From: Minisyncoccota bacterium
Lineage (GTDB): Bacteria > Patescibacteriota > Minisyncoccia > Phycocordibacterales > UBA5272
Assembly (NCBI GenBank): GCA_041651055.1
Contig: JBAZJW010000001.1
Span: 627,521 to 691,520 of the forward strand
DNA: 64,000 bases
Direction: 5' to 3'
The translations under genes and the position numbers were made by a program. Below are positions 47,854-57,859 of the stretch, piece by piece (position 1 is the first letter of the stretch; each line of letters begins with the position of its first letter). The notes beneath the pieces are model-generated. The model was not told where the DNA came from. It saw only the letters and a list, made by a program, of their open reading frames with translations, and made no database searches.

Positions 47854-48762
47854 TTAACCCCTAACTTGGCCCACTAGTAGGTACGATTTATAGGTCTCGA
47901 TATATTTCATGAAGCGTTCATAATCTTCCGGCGTTGTCATGGCATCATGTGTCGTATCAGTGAATGTTGTATTCGTGAGTCCGATGATGTGAGCTTTCTT
48001 ATTCATTTGTTCTGTAAAAGCTTTCTCACCAAGTGCTTGTGCATACAGTTTGTTTACCTCGGTATCACCAGAAAATAATTGCGGTATAAGTGTTTTTCTT
48101 GTCGTCGTGCTTATACCGTCCATGCTTAGTATCTCATTATCTTGTGTTAAAAATTCAAGCGAGATAGTGGCAACCATAAGCCTTGTCATTACGTCACTTG
48201 AAATCGTAGGAGTTGTGGTGGCAGAAGGGGAAAAATCATCATCACCTCCGCGCGTAATAATAATGGGCATACCTCTTGTGATGAAGTCATACACTCGACG
48301 GGCGTCATCATCTTCGAGACGGATACACCCTCCACTGTAAGTGCTTGAGACTTTTGTTCCGTCTGGATAGTATGGAATACCGTGAATAAAGTAATTGCCA
48401 AAGAGATGCACACTATAAGGCATATAGACATGGCCAATAGAACTAAAATGAAGAGCTTCTTTGTAGTCGCTCACATAGCTCCCCCCAATAGTTTCATAGT
48501 AGCTACCAGGTTTTCCTTGAGAGACAAGAGGAATGGTTGCGAGTGTTGTTGTTCCATCGCGAAGATCAAGGGTCATACTATCTAAATGAATCAATACGTA
48601 ATTCCCTACGTGTTGTGGAGCTGGTATTATTACTTCGCTCTGAGGCTCTGTGTGTATTTCTGCTTCTCCTATATTCGGAGTAAAGAGGTACCAGGCGCTA
48701 CTTATGAAAAGAAGAACGAAGAGAAATGAGAGGGTGATGTATCCGGGAGTGAAATGCTTCAT
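47854..48762 (-). CDS. L,D-transpeptidase (YkuD domain) with N-terminal membrane anchor
   Basis: Catalytic signature FIHGIPYYPDGTKVSSTYSGGCIRLEDDDA (HG...S.GC.R); start placed at MKHFTPGYITLSFLFVLLF (internal Met of the longer 47854-48873 ORF). Confidence 0.75.
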   Translation of the reverse strand: MKHFTPGYITLSFLFVLLFISSAWYLFTPNIGEAEIHTEPQSEVIIPAPQHVGNYVLIHLDSMTLDLRDGTTTLATIPLVSQGKPGSYYETIGGSYVSDYKEALHFSSIGHVYMPYSVHLFGNYFIHGIPYYPDGTKVSSTYSGGCIRLEDDDARRVYDFITRGMPIIITRGGDDDFSPSATTTPTISSDVMTRLMVATISLEFLTQDNEILSMDGISTTTRKTLIPQLFSGDTEVNKLYAQALGEKAFTEQMNKKAHIIGLTNTTFTDTTHDAMTTPEDYERFMKYIETYKSYLLVGQVRG

Positions 48763-48898
48763 AAGAGCTTCGACTATACCATAAAAGTGGATAATCCTCC
48801 ATCTGTGAGGTGTAGAAGGCTGTATACTAAAGGTACCTTTATATGTCGAATATAAAGGTGTATATATACACACTTTATTTCTAGTTTAGAACTCTCTT

Positions 48899-49567
48899 AT
48901 GTTATTAAATCCAGTCGATATTTTGGGGAATGCACTTGTAGATACAAGTCTTACGCTTGCAGCCTTTCTTCCTAATGTCATCATCGCAGTTATCATCTTC
49001 GCTCTTGGATGGGCGTTTGGTTCTGTATTAGGACGTGCAGTTTCTCATCTTATTACCGTTCTTCGTATTGATAATGCGCTTCACAAAGCTGGAATGGATG
49101 CAGTGAGTGAACGTGCCGGTGTAAAGGTTAGTCTCGCAGGTTTCTTGGGTGGCGTTATCAAGTGGCTTGTTATCGTGGCATTCACGGTTGCATCAGCTGA
49201 GATACTTGGACTCACACAGGTTACGCAACTTCTTCGTGATATTCTCATGTACATTCCGCAAGTGATCATTGCGTCTATTGTCCTTGTTATTGCGATGCTT
49301 GTTGGAGACTTCGTCGCTCGTCTCGTGAAGCATTCAGTGAAGGCGACAGGAATGAAAGGGGATTTCGCGGCCCAGGTTGCAAAGTGGGCAATCATCATCG
49401 TAGGTGGTGTATTCCCAGCGCTTACACAGCTACGTATTGCTTCAGGTCTCGTGGAAGTTCTTTTCACTGGTGTGGTGTTCGCTATTTCGCTTGCTCTCGG
49501 TCTTTCATTTGGACTAGGAGGACGTGACGCAGCAGCTCGTGCTATTGAGAAAATGAAGGCACAGTAG
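48899..49567 (+). CDS. integral membrane protein with repeated TM_helix-like units (MscS-N-terminal-like)
   Basis: 222 aa, 5-6 hydrophobic helices; repeated ...A..G..L..V..L.....I.. units. Confidence 0.45.
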   Translation: MLLNPVDILGNALVDTSLTLAAFLPNVIIAVIIFALGWAFGSVLGRAVSHLITVLRIDNALHKAGMDAVSERAGVKVSLAGFLGGVIKWLVIVAFTVASAEILGLTQVTQLLRDILMYIPQVIIASIVLVIAMLVGDFVARLVKHSVKATGMKGDFAAQVAKWAIIIVGGVFPALTQLRIASGLVEVLFTGVVFAISLALGLSFGLGGRDAAARAIEKMKAQ

Positions 49568-49621
49568 TTGGGGACAGTGTAAAGGCGAGAGTGTAAAGTT
49601 TAGAGGAAACACCAACACTAG

Positions 49622-49652
49622 AGAAAAGCGCCCTGCCGGGCGCTTTTCTCTT
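49622..49652 (+). terminator. rho-independent terminator
   Basis: GAAAAGCGCCC-TGCC-GGGCGCTTTTCTCTTTG. Confidence 0.7.
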
Positions 49653-49783
49653 TGCTTTTTCACCTATTGACAAATATCCCCAGTATGGTATACTGGAAAC
49701 TGTCGACGGTGGCTAATTAGCTTATGGGGCACGGGTTCGTGTTCTGGGGTTAAGGTGCACTGTATCTTTACGAGGAGATCGAC

Positions 49784-50257
49784 ATGAAGCTCTTGAAAAA
49801 CATTTTGTTGGCTGTCATGGCCATCGCGTTGGTTTCGTTGTTGGCCGCTTGCGGTGAACAGAAGTTCACGACTGATGAAGTCTTGCGGGTCAGTGAAAGC
49901 GCGGCCACCCGTGCGGCTGCGGACGCCAAAGCTCTCGAAGCCTCCAAGGCCGATGCAAAGTGGGTCCGCGCGCGCTCCGAGCTCCGGCAAATGGGTGCTG
50001 TCACGGCAGTCACTGGCAAGTTTTTGATCACCGACAACTGCAAGGTGAAACCGGACGGCTTCACGCAGTTGCAAGCGAACAAGGACTTTCCGAGCACCGC
50101 CTTCACCGAGTTCAACGCCGGCTGCACCAGCAAGGTGTACGCCATGAAGGCCGAACGTGATAAGGCGAAAAATCGCAACGTTCCGGCCGAGCGCAGGACT
50201 GTCGCTAAAAAAGCCGCCGCCAAGCAGCACGTGGCCCAGGCCAATCTGCGGCGGTGA
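49784..50257 (+). CDS. GC-rich lipoprotein (likely horizontally acquired)
   Basis: Signal peptide with lipobox MKLLKNILLAVMAIALVSLLAACGE. Local GC far above the window average (GCG/GCC/CGC/CTG codons). Precedes the rRNA promoter. Confidence 0.6.
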   Translation: MKLLKNILLAVMAIALVSLLAACGEQKFTTDEVLRVSESAATRAAADAKALEASKADAKWVRARSELRQMGAVTAVTGKFLITDNCKVKPDGFTQLQANKDFPSTAFTEFNAGCTSKVYAMKAERDKAKNRNVPAERRTVAKKAAAKQHVAQANLRR

Positions 50258-50412
50258 CTCAACCGCCCCGTGCCGCATACGCGGCACCCCAAGACCCCAA
50301 AGATTAACCATCTGCGGGGCCTTTTTTATTGTCTATTTTCAGTATTCATAGTAGGTATTTGTATGAACCTCCTAACTCCTAACAGTAAGCCTCTAACTTG
50401 TGCTTAAAGTGC

Positions 50413-50441
50413 TTGACTTTCAATTCTCATTTTGATAGTAT
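50413..50441 (+). promoter_or_regulatory. rRNA promoter TTGACT-17-TAGTAT with TG extension
   Basis: ttgact ttcaattctcattttga tagtat; ~290 nt upstream of the 23S 5' end. Confidence 0.55.
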
Positions 50442-51228
50442 GTGAATCACTGCTTGATGATAAAAAACGAAACTATAACCAACTAACCCGGAGGCCAAGT
50501 AACGTTTCGTTACTAGCCGCCGATAAGGCGGATTTTATTTTCTCAAAATTGTTAAGCAGATTGCAGTTCTCTGACAACAGAATCCCGTGCACAACACGCG
50601 CAACAGTACTGTTATCCAGTAGTAGAATTTGATTCACTGGGGTCTAGCGGAGTTTGTGACACGGACACATGAAAAAAGACAATACATGTAGAGAGCGGAG
50701 CGGTCCAATCTCTACAGTGATAGTTATGTTTCCTAATAGGAACATAAGAGCACACGGTGGATGCCTAGGCTCTAAAGAGCGATGAAAGACGTTGTCAGGC
50801 TGCGATAAGTTTCGGGGAGGCGCCTAACAGCCCGCGATCCGGAAATTTCTGAATGAGGAAACTCAATGCGAGTAATGTTGCATTGTCATAGCAAGCATTT
50901 GCATGACGCTCACCCAGGGAAGTGAAACATCTCAGTACCTGGAGGAAAAGAAAATAAAAATTATTCTGCAAGTAGCGGCGAGCGAAAACAGAGAAGCCCA
51001 AACCGACAGTAGTAATACTGTGCGGGGTAGTAAGATAGAAACGTAGTTTACTAGAAGAGTTACAAAAGGTATGTATAGATAAAGTTGTTGGAAAGCAACG
51101 CCAAAGAAAGTGATAGCCTTGTTATCGAAATGCATACCCCTCTTTTGTTTCTAATCTTGAGTAATTCGAGACACGAATAGCTCGGATGAATCAACCGGAA
51201 CTAACCGGTAAGGCTAAATATCTTTAGA

Positions 51229-51274
<46 letters not shown>

Positions 51275-52690
51275 GGAAGGGGAGTGAAATAGAACTGAAA
51301 CCGTGTGTTTACAAGGAGTAGAAGAGGGCGCATCACACTGTGTGTGATGCCTTTAAACATTTAAATATTTAAATGTGCATCACGCTTAGCGTGATGCGTC
51401 CTCGACTGCGTGCCTATTGAAGAATGAGCCAACGAGTTATAGGTTACTGCAGGCTAAGTGGTATAAAGTCACGGAGCCATAGCGAAAGCAAGTGTGAATA
51501 GCGCGAACAAATTGTAGTAGCTTATAGACCCGAAGCCGAGTGAGCTTACCATGAGCAGGGTGAAGTTTATCGAAAGGTAAATGGAGGCCCGAACCAGTAG
51601 GTTGTACGACTCCTTTGGATGACTTGTGGTAAGGAGTGAAAAGCTAATCGAACTCGGTAATAGCTGGTTCTCTCCGAAATAGTTTTTGGACTAGCGTCGC
51701 GTGTTCCCTTTGGGGGTAGAGCACTGGAAGGTTTTGACTAGTAGCAATACGGCAACACCTATCAAACTCCGAATACCAAAGGTTAAAAATGCGGCAGTAA
51801 GACCACGGGGGCGAAGCTCCGTCGGTCAAAAGGGAAACAGCCCAGATCTCAAGTTAAGGCCCCAAAGTATATATTAAGTGTAAGCGAGGAGGTGGAGTTT
51901 CATTGACAATGAGGATGTTGGCTTAGAAGCAGCCATCATTGAAAGAAAGCGTAACAGCTCACCCATCGAGAGACTCTGCGCCACAAATAATCGGGACTCA
52001 AATATATCGCCGAAACTGAGGGCTTCATTGGTGTCACAACCATTGGAGCGGTAGGAGAGTGTTCCACTCTGCGTTGAAGCTAAAGGGGTAACCCATAGTG
52101 GAGCGTGTGGAAGTACGAATGTTGGCACAAGTAACCGCAATGGGGGTGAGATCCCCCCACGCCGAAAGAATAAGGTTTCCTATTCAATGATTGTCAGAGT
52201 AGGGTTAGTCGGGCCTAAGGAGATGGCGAATGCCGGATCCGATGGACATAATGTTAATATTCATTAACTCGGTACTAATGTGATGGGATGACGGAGTGTA
52301 GTATATAGAGCGACTTATTGGATTGTCGTTTATTGCGTAAGGGTGAGGTACAGGGAAATCCGTACTTCTGGTTTTAATGCCGACTCCAAGCGTTGTATGA
52401 AGATGATGGGCAACCTGATTCAACTCTATAAAGCACGCTTCCGAGAAAAGTCTCTACATCTGATGCATATCAGACGTGCGCATCGCAGAGCGATGCTTGA
52501 AATTTAAATATGTAAATATTTAAATTTCACATCACTAGGTGATGTGCATGCTTAAGTTAGTATTGATCCGTACCGCAAACCGACACAGGTATTCAGGTCG
52601 AGTAGACCAAGGCGAACGAGTGATATCTCCCTAAGGAACTAGGCAAAAAAGCGGCCGTAAGTTAGCGATAAGGCCTGCCCTCACCACTTT

Positions 52691-53143
52691 GCGTTTAAAG
52701 TCGCAGTGACAAAATTACTTCATCTACTTTGTCGCAGCATCGTTTTTGTCAGTCGCCGTACTATATGTACGACTTCTTCCAAAAGCTCGCTGCTTCTCGT
52801 AGCTAAAGCAATTTTCTCACTGCTTGCAAAAGTGGAGAGTTCTAGGAAATTAGATAAAATATTGAGACAAATCGTAATTACAGTAGAGCTACTGTAATTA
52901 CAAAAACATGTGTAATACGTAAGTAATTGTGGATTTCGTGAAGGAAATGTATGGACCGCGGTAGGTCTGCATCGAGATTTAAGAATCCGATGTGGTGGTG
53001 GCGTTCGACTCGCTATTATTTCATACGTGGACTTCCGGGAAGGTGACTTCCCGTCTTTCACGAAATTCATAATTACAAACTAATTACATACAAAATAGTG
53101 TGATGGAAATCAGTTTCCTCGAGCTCTTCATTACTTTGAAAAT
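52691..53143 (+). other. ~453-nt insertion at the tip of 23S helix 63 (IVS/expansion; non-coding)
   Basis: Flanking stem ctgccctcaccacttt (52675-52690) pairs with aaagtggtgggggc (53144-53157). E. coli has ~40 nt here. No credible ORF. Contains copy D of the 90-nt hairpin repeat. Confidence 0.7.
52715..52820 (+). repeat. copy D of the ~90-nt hairpin repeat family, embedded in the 23S helix-63 insertion
   Basis: TTACTTCATCTACTTTGTCGCAGCATCGTTTTtgtcagtcgCCGTACTATATGTACGACttcttccAAAAGCTCGCTGC... Confidence 0.65.
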
Positions 53144-53303
53144 AAAGTGGTGGGGGCCGCAGCGAAAGTTTCCCTAGCGACTGTTTACCAAAAACACAGC
53201 TTCCTGCGAACACGTAAGTGGATGTATAGGAGGTGACGCCTGACCAATGCGGGAAGGTTAAATATCGGTGGTAATTTATTGCTGGATGATATAAGCCCCC
53301 GTC

Positions 53304-53536
<233 letters not shown>

Positions 53537-54201
53537 AGCGAAATTCCTTGTCTGGTAAGTTCAGACGTGCACGAATGGCGTAACGACTGGGGAACTGTCT
53601 CAGGGAGTAGCTCGGTGAAAATACAGTACCGGTGAAGATGCCGGTTACCCGCAGATAGACGAAAAGACCCCGTGAGCTTTACTCTAGCTTGATATTGAGT
53701 ATGTTCAATTACTGCGTAGCATAGTGACGAGAGGTTTGATGTGTATGGTTTCGGCTGTACTCTACTCGACAGTGAAATAGTCATCTGTAATTGGGCATAC
53801 TCTAACGTGAACGGAAAAAACGTTCGCAGACAGTATCTGGTGGGGAGTTTAACTGGGGCGGTTTCCTCCTAAAAGGTAACGGAGGAGTTTATTAAGGTCA
53901 TCTAGGCGCGAATGGAAACCGTGCCGATAGCGTAAGGGCATAAGATGGCTTGACTGTAAGACGGGCATGTCGAGCAGACACGAAAGTGGGACCTAGTGAA
54001 CCTACACTACGCTTTAGACGCGGGTGCAGATTAACGGATAGAAGCTACCACGGGGATAACAGGCTAGTTGTGCCCAAGAGTTCATATCGACGGCACAGTT
54101 CGGCACCTCGATGTCGGCTCATCTTATCCTGGTGGTGGAGAAGCTACCAAGGGTATGGCTGTTCGCCATTTAAAAAGATACGTGAGCTGGGTTCAAACCG
54201 T

Positions 54202-54683
54202 GGAGGAGTGAATTATACAGAACGATTACTAACGTTATTTTCTCAAATAACATCAGTTAGCAATCAATTCAGTTTTGTATAATTGACTTCTCCTAGTTTG
54301 AACCCGAGGAGTTAAGACTAAACTTAACAAAAAGACATTAATCACGGCGGCATATATCAGTAATGGTATATGGCAAGCCAACTAATATCGGAAGAATCTT
54401 ACTCGAGCAATCGAAAGACAATTCCGAGGGAAGTATTATAGATTTTTTTGGTGAGGGGAGATTGGAATATGAGTGGATCCTCTGCGCGAGCAGTCAGGGT
54501 AACCTCGACCATAACTAATGGTCCTTCCTACCTTTCCTCACCTCTCCTAAAGAATCTAGAATACACCCGTAGAGACTATACGTTGGCAGTCTTGTTAAAA
54601 ACAAGATGAAGCTCTAGTCCGATCCCTTTAGAAATAAAGGTTCTCATGGTTTGGAAACCACAATGAGATGTAAAACACTAATG
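54202..54683 (+). other. 482-nt insertion in 23S domain V near E. coli position ~2590-2595 (GAACGU^CGUGAGACAG); putative ORF-less group I intron
   Basis: Removing 54202-54683 restores gttcaaaccgt|cgtgagacaggttggt. 5' exon ends in U, insert ends in G. No ORF inside. Confidence 0.55.
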
Positions 54684-54736
54684 CGTGAGACAGGTTGGTT
54701 TCCTATCTTCTGCGGGCGTTCGAATATTGAAAAGAT

Positions 54737-54767
<31 letters not shown>

Positions 54768-55208
54768 TGACCTCTGGTGTGTGGGCTCTGACGCCAGTCG
54801 GAGCGCCCAGTAGCTATGTCGGGAATGGATAACTTCTGAAAGCATCTAAGAAGGAAGCCAACTTTAAGATAAGTATTCGTTGAAGGGTCGTAAGAGATTA
54901 TTACGTTGATAGGAGCTAGGTGTACGCACAGTAATGTGTTTAGCCAAGGCTTACTAATTACCCGAATCCTATTAGGAAACATGACTAGCACAAAAGGCTA
55001 GTTAGCGTATGGAGCACTAGTTGTCTACTAGAAAGTTTCATACTGTATTGTCTTTCATGTGGTGTGTGGAGGTTGCATGTTCTTACATTAATACTTCGGT
55101 ATTAATATAAGTCACGTGACTTCCACACACCACAGGAAAGAGTTCTTTTTTCATGTGTTTGATTCTGTATGGCTTGTAAAAGCGATACAAATAACTTGAA
55201 TGGTATAT

Positions 55209-55314
55209 GGAACCGTAGCTCAGCTGGTAGAGCCCTAAACTAGTCTTGAATAAAGATGAGTTTCTTGGGATTCTTAATCCAGGTGCGCAAGTTCGAATCT
55301 TGCCGGTTCTGCCA
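55209..55314 (+). tRNA. tRNA-like gene between 23S and 5S with ~30 extra nt in the anticodon/variable region (anticodon unresolved; possible short intervening sequence or class-II-like arm); CCA encoded
   Basis: GGAACCG-TA-GCTCAGCTGGTAGAGC (acceptor + D arm) ... GCAAGTTCGAATCTTGC (T arm) ... CGGTTCT-G-CCA. The 50 nt between the D and T arms cannot be folded into a canonical 17-nt anticodon arm. Confidence 0.5.
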
Positions 55315-55332
55315 TATACCTTTTGAGGTTTT

Positions 55333-55444
55333 TGTTCTCCTGATTTGGCCCTGGGGTCACACCTTTTCCCATTCCGAACAGAGAAGTTAAGCCCATGTGC
55401 AGCGATGATACTGACATTGTCGGGAAAGTAGCTTGTCGGGAGAA
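55333..55444 (+). rRNA. rrf: 5S rRNA
   Basis: …CCCATTCCGAACAGAGAAGTTAAGCCC…GGGAAAGTAGCTTGTCGGGAGAAC; helix I formed by GTTCTCC/GGGAGAAC. Confidence 0.85.
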
Positions 55445-55457
55445 CAAAGATCTTAAA

Positions 55458-55492
55458 ATACAAAAGCGCGTCGTAAGACGCGCTTTTGTATT
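55458..55492 (+). terminator. rho-independent terminator after the rRNA locus
   Basis: AAAAGCGCGTC-GTAA-GACGCGCTTTTGTATTT. Confidence 0.75.
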
Positions 55493-55547
55493 TCTCTAAA
55501 CTGTACACTGTCGACTCTAAACTAGTTATGTAGTAGTATTTAATGAT

Positions 55548-56927
55548 ATGAATATCACCATTTCTAAAGTAAATAAAAAACAAGCCGTTTCGATTTCTTT
55601 TACTCATGAATTCTCTGTTGATCAGATTTCTCTCACGGGAGCGAATCCTATGATTACTCTCGGTATGAAAGAAGGGTTCACCAAGTTCACACTTGCTCGC
55701 ACGGTGCGTAAAATCGCACGTCTCGCGAAAGGAAGTAAAGAGAAAGATTTTGAAGTGACATTCGACACATGGTACACGCTTGTGTCTGATACGTATACCA
55801 AAGAAGCGTTTGCAGAAATGTTTGCTTATGAGCTTGCGAACGCCGCGTACGAATTTACTACGTACAAGAAGGAGACACTTTCTCAAACGCTCGCCATCAT
55901 TGCTACCGATAAAGTCGTCGTTGATGCATTAAAGAGAGGGATGATCATCGCAGAAGAGTTGAATGCTGCACGTGAACTTATCAATATCCCTGGATCACAT
56001 CTTACACCAGAAGATTTAGCGAATCATGCTAAGAAAGCTGCCGCAGGTGTGAAAAAAGTAATAGTAACTATTCTTGATTCCAAAAAGATGAAAGCGCTTC
56101 GCATGAATGCGGTGCTTGCGGTCGGAGAGAGCTCGCCACATAAGCCGAAGTTTATTTGTATGGAATATAAAGGTGGTGCAGTAAAAGATGCACCGATCGT
56201 ATTTGTCGGAAAAGGGGTGACATTCGACACTGGTGGAAGTAATTTGAAACCAGACGACTACATGAACGGCATGCACATGGATATGGCAGGCGGTGCCATC
56301 GCCATTCACACACTCCTTGCACTTGCTAAGCTGGGTCTTCACAAGAATATTGTCTGCCTCGTACCTGCTGTTGAAAATAGAATCACAGGAGACAGCTATC
56401 TTCCCGGGGATGTTATCGTCGGTATGAGTGGTCTGGCTATTGAAGTGATGAATACCGATGCTGAAGGCCGTGTAATACTTTCTGATGCACTCACCTATGC
56501 TGGCACCTACAAGCCACGAGTGGTCATCGATCTTGCGACCCTCACGGGGGCCGCTGTGGTCGCTCTCGGAACACGTGCATCTGCTGTTTTTTCACCGAGT
56601 GAAGCACTCACGGATACCTTGAAAGCGCTCGGAGAAGATGTGAAGAATTTCATGTGGCCCATGCCTCTCTATGATGAATACAAAGAAGATATTAAGGGTG
56701 ATCTTGGTGGTATTACGAATACCCACAACAAAATGAAACGAAACGGTGGAGCGATAACCGGTGCTATGTTTTTGTATCAATTTGCAAAAGACTATCCATG
56801 GGCACATATCGATATCGCTCCACGTATGGAAAGTATAGAGGGGGATAATCTTGCCACAGGGGCAACGGCAGAACCTCTCTATGCTCTCGTAAAATTCGCA
56901 GAGTCTGTCGATATTTCTTTTCTCTAA
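55548..56927 (+). CDS. pepA: leucyl aminopeptidase (M17 family)
   Basis: M17 signature NTDAEGRV (EVMNTDAEGRVILSDALTYAG); conserved K..D..D..E metal-ligand layout. Confidence 0.85.
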   Translation: MNITISKVNKKQAVSISFTHEFSVDQISLTGANPMITLGMKEGFTKFTLARTVRKIARLAKGSKEKDFEVTFDTWYTLVSDTYTKEAFAEMFAYELANAAYEFTTYKKETLSQTLAIIATDKVVVDALKRGMIIAEELNAARELINIPGSHLTPEDLANHAKKAAAGVKKVIVTILDSKKMKALRMNAVLAVGESSPHKPKFICMEYKGGAVKDAPIVFVGKGVTFDTGGSNLKPDDYMNGMHMDMAGGAIAIHTLLALAKLGLHKNIVCLVPAVENRITGDSYLPGDVIVGMSGLAIEVMNTDAEGRVILSDALTYAGTYKPRVVIDLATLTGAAVVALGTRASAVFSPSEALTDTLKALGEDVKNFMWPMPLYDEYKEDIKGDLGGITNTHNKMKRNGGAITGAMFLYQFAKDYPWAHIDIAPRMESIEGDNLATGATAEPLYALVKFAESVDISFL

Positions 56928-57086
56928 TCCCATCCATAAGCATCCTGCTTCTTGTGTCATTCCAAACTTGATTTGGAATCCAGTGGACACTGGACCCCAA
57001 TTGTCATTGGGGTGACAAATACAAGGGGGGTAGTAAATAGAGATGGTACAATCTGTTCCTTTCCGTATGTGTGATAAACTGAAACC

Positions 57087-57854
57087 ATGAATTGGTATAC
57101 ACGTCGAAGACTTTTATATGCATTTGTTACGCTCGTAACACTTTCTGCGGCTGTGGTGTATTTTACGCGGGATATATTATTTCCTGTGCCGACATGCACT
57201 GATACAAAGCAAAATGGCTATGAGACAGGGGTTGATTGTGGCGGGTCTTGTGCTCTTCGCTGTCGCGAGGAAGTTTCACCTCTTACTGTTACGTGGTCGC
57301 GAGCGCTTAGGACAGCATCCTCGACATATGATTTCGTGGCAATGGTCTCAAACAGAAATCTCAACAATGCGTCTCACATACTTGGGTATTCATTCACTGC
57401 ATATGATACACAAGGTGGTGTCATAAAACAGCTCTTCGGCACTTCTACAGCGCCTGTTGATGGTGATTTTCCTGTGATCATTCAAAATGTACAATTACCT
57501 ATTGCTCCGGCTTCGGTCACTACTCAGCTATTTGATGGGTCCCATTTTTCTACACAAGAAAAACCTTCTTCACCGACGGTTCGTACTGCAGGTATTCGGT
57601 ATGAAGCAGGATCAATTCCTCGTGTGTACGCTACGATCATTAATACAAAACGTGTGACGGTTTCCAATCTCCGTGTCCGCGTTCTTTTATATGATTCTTA
57701 TGACAACGTGTACGGAGCAGGAGAGACACTTATTCCTTTTCTGGATAAAGAGGCTTCTCGTTCCATTTCCTTTACGTGGAATATGCCGTTTAAGGAATCA
57801 CCGACAAATATTCGCATCTATCCAATCTTCGATCCATTCTCACCGGTTCAGTAA
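57087..57854 (+). CDS. hypothetical membrane-anchored protein
   Basis: 255 aa; N-terminal TM LLYAFVTLVTLSAAVVYF; no domain recognised. Confidence 0.45.
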   Translation: MNWYTRRRLLYAFVTLVTLSAAVVYFTRDILFPVPTCTDTKQNGYETGVDCGGSCALRCREEVSPLTVTWSRALRTASSTYDFVAMVSNRNLNNASHILGYSFTAYDTQGGVIKQLFGTSTAPVDGDFPVIIQNVQLPIAPASVTTQLFDGSHFSTQEKPSSPTVRTAGIRYEAGSIPRVYATIINTKRVTVSNLRVRVLLYDSYDNVYGAGETLIPFLDKEASRSISFTWNMPFKESPTNIRIYPIFDPFSPVQ

Positions 57855-57859
57855 TCTCT

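Noticed and set aside
49664-50311. Two overlapping minus-strand ORFs (215 aa and 174 aa) antisense to the GC-rich lipoprotein gene
   Set aside because: High GC suppresses stop codons in all frames. The plus-strand ORF has a canonical lipoprotein signal and is the coherent reading.
50300-50730. Search for a 16S rRNA gene or tRNA genes in the leader upstream of 23S
   Set aside because: No 16S signature blocks (e.g. GTGCCAGCAGCCGCGGTAA) or tRNA-like cloverleaf segments were found. The region appears to be promoter plus a leader/processing stem only.
55083-55886. 267-aa minus-strand ORF spanning the tRNA-like gene, the 5S rRNA and the start of pepA
   Set aside because: It runs antisense to two RNA genes and a well-supported CDS, so it is a spurious long ORF.
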